Source of the DNA: a cyanobacterium endosymbiont of Epithemia turgida isolate EtSB Lake Yunoko
Lineage (GTDB): Bacteria > Cyanobacteriota > Cyanobacteriia > Cyanobacteriales > Microcystaceae
DNA: 32,000 nt
Direction of reading: 5' to 3'
Assembly (NCBI RefSeq): GCF_000829235.1
Contig: NZ_AP012549.1
Span: 2,280,001-2,312,000 of the forward strand
This document shows, piece after piece, positions 30,342-32,000 of the stretch. How positions within the stretch are numbered: position 1 is the stretch's first letter; each line of letters starts with the position of its first letter. The translations under genes were made by a program, and so were the position numbers. The notes beneath the pieces were generated by a model. That model saw nothing but the letters and a program-made list of their open reading frames with translations, searched no databases and was not told the origin of the DNA.

Positions 30342-31136
30342 ATGAATATTAACATTTCAAATTTATCCCCATATTTTGCTCTAATTGTAGGGAATTCACG
30401 TCTCCATTGGGGGTATTTTAAAACAGATAAACTACAAATAACTTGGGATACTCCTCATTTATCTAAACCTATTACAACCAACAAATTACCTAAACATTTA
30501 TTACTTCCCCAATTACCAGATGATTTACCCGTTTATTTTGCTTCTGTAGTTTTTTCCCAAACCCAATTATGGGAAACTTATCCAAAGATCAAAATTATTA
30601 CCCAAGTACATATACCTCTACAAAAACTTTATCCGACTCTAGGAATTGATCGTGCTTTAGCGGTCTTGGGTGCTGGGAAAACTTATGGGTTTCCTTGCCT
30701 GGTAATTGATGTAGGAACAGCCTTAACTTTTACAGGAGTTGATGGCGATCAGGCTTTAGTTGGAGGAGCAATTTTACCGGGATTAAGGTTACAGTTTAAG
30801 TCCCTAGCTAATAATACAGCTGCTTTATCTGAAGAAGTATTGCCGATGAGTTTACCTATTCTTTGGGGAACAACGACTTCTGAGGCGATTCAAAGTGGCA
30901 TTGTCCACGCTATTTTAGCAGGAATTAAAACATTTATTAAAGATTGGTTAGAAAAATTTTCCGACAGTCAAGTGATTATAACAGGGGGAGATTCGCAACA
31001 AGTCATAACTTATCTAAAAGATAATAATTATGATTTTTTAGATAAGTTAAAACAAGATAGCAATCTTGTTTTTTGGGGAACTAGAGAAGTATTTTCCTTA
31101 TGTATAATTAATAATGGTACAAAAATTAAAGCCTGA
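30342..31136 (+). CDS. coaX: Type III pantothenate kinase
   Basis: 264 aa with VGNSRLHWGYF near the N-terminus, IDVGTALTF, and ITGGD. These are the ASKHA-fold phosphate and adenosine motifs typical of CoaX. Confidence 0.85.
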   Translation: MNINISNLSPYFALIVGNSRLHWGYFKTDKLQITWDTPHLSKPITTNKLPKHLLLPQLPDDLPVYFASVVFSQTQLWETYPKIKIITQVHIPLQKLYPTLGIDRALAVLGAGKTYGFPCLVIDVGTALTFTGVDGDQALVGGAILPGLRLQFKSLANNTAALSEEVLPMSLPILWGTTTSEAIQSGIVHAILAGIKTFIKDWLEKFSDSQVIITGGDSQQVITYLKDNNYDFLDKLKQDSNLVFWGTREVFSLCIINNGTKIKA

Positions 31137-32000
31137 TTCTACATTATTGTTTTTTATATAATTACTTGTTAATCCTATTTATTGTCGATTCATTTATCGT
31201 AAAATATTTATTTTTTAAAATAAGAAAATTCGAAAGTATTTCCAAATTTAATTTTTATTAAGTATTTAATTTAAAACCTACATTAATTTAAAATTATTTT
31301 TTATTTTGAGTAGTTAAACAAGTTAATCTTATGTATATAAATATCTTATTTGCAATATATTAAATACAATAATATTGAGCTATCTTACTTTCTATCTTTA
31401 CAAAAAAAAGATTTAATAAATATGAGGGCTAACAAACGTTATGCCAATACAGAGACACAGCAGCTATATGCAAAAAATAGAACTTATTGAGGTCTAGTGT
31501 TATGGATATAACATATCATATCGTCTTATTTTTACAGAATTATATTCTAGTACAGACCACAATTTTTGTTAATTGATAAAGAGTATTATCATCTTAGTTT
31601 TCGATTGATAGTATTTATTCTAAATAACTACCAAGTTTGCGTAAAATTAGCAATTTTTAAATTTAAATTACTCTTTATATATCATAAAATTAAATTCTTT
31701 AGAAATTTTATATATTGTAGAGGTTTCCCATTTTTAAAAATATTTCTTGTTGATTTTAATATAATTTTTTTATGACGTTTTTGCTATAAAAAATGATACT
31801 ATTGTGCTGGTTTTATTGACATGCAAAAGAGAAGTCATAGTAATTAGTTTCATTGTCTTTTTCCTAAAAATATTTAGTTAGGTTTTTAAACATAAAAATT
31901 TAGTTTCAAAGACTTAGTTTAATGAGACTAAAATTTTGTAAGATTGTATTCTAAATTTAAATAAAGCTCAATTCTGAACTAAGACAGTAAATTATTAACT

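Noticed and set aside
31566-31775. 69-aa ORF in the terminal AT-rich spacer.
   Set aside because: It starts at TTG, and its translation is almost entirely Phe/Ile/Leu/Lys/Asn/Tyr, as expected from random AT-rich DNA. It has no SD and no family resemblance.

Overview
The window reads as chromosome from an AT-rich, reduced-genome unicellular cyanobacterium. Lineage evidence: cyanobacteria-specific NdhM and PetM, the long four-ACT-domain aspartokinase typical of cyanobacteria, a CIRCE plus K-box groESL control region, and HIP1 (GCGATCGC) remnants. The proteins look Crocosphaera/Cyanothece-like to me, and the architecture recalls diatom spheroid-body or UCYN-A-type endosymbionts. That attribution is inference, not a database result. 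I call 21 confident housekeeping CDSs: ruvA, larB, a 2TM protein plus DUF697 GTPase pair, ppa, ndhM, a matrixin-like protease, gpmI-secG, lysC, aroA, rplU-rpmA, ndk, an esterase, groES-groEL, pdxA, petM (absent from the ORF track), an SDR epimerase and coaX. There is also one orphan ORF. By my tally the called CDSs cover about 16.9 kb of 32 kb. The remainder is very AT-rich, ORF-free spacer up to 2.7 kb long, with short protein-like ORF fragments that look like decayed genes. I found no rRNA, tRNA, CRISPR array, transposase or recognisable defence or secretion system. The most unusual signal is a population of at least 14 long, perfect, mutually unrelated inverted repeats (13 to 27 bp arms) in the spacers, six of them within one 1.8 kb stretch. 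Three ORF-track starts appear over-extended (ppa, ndk, groEL).
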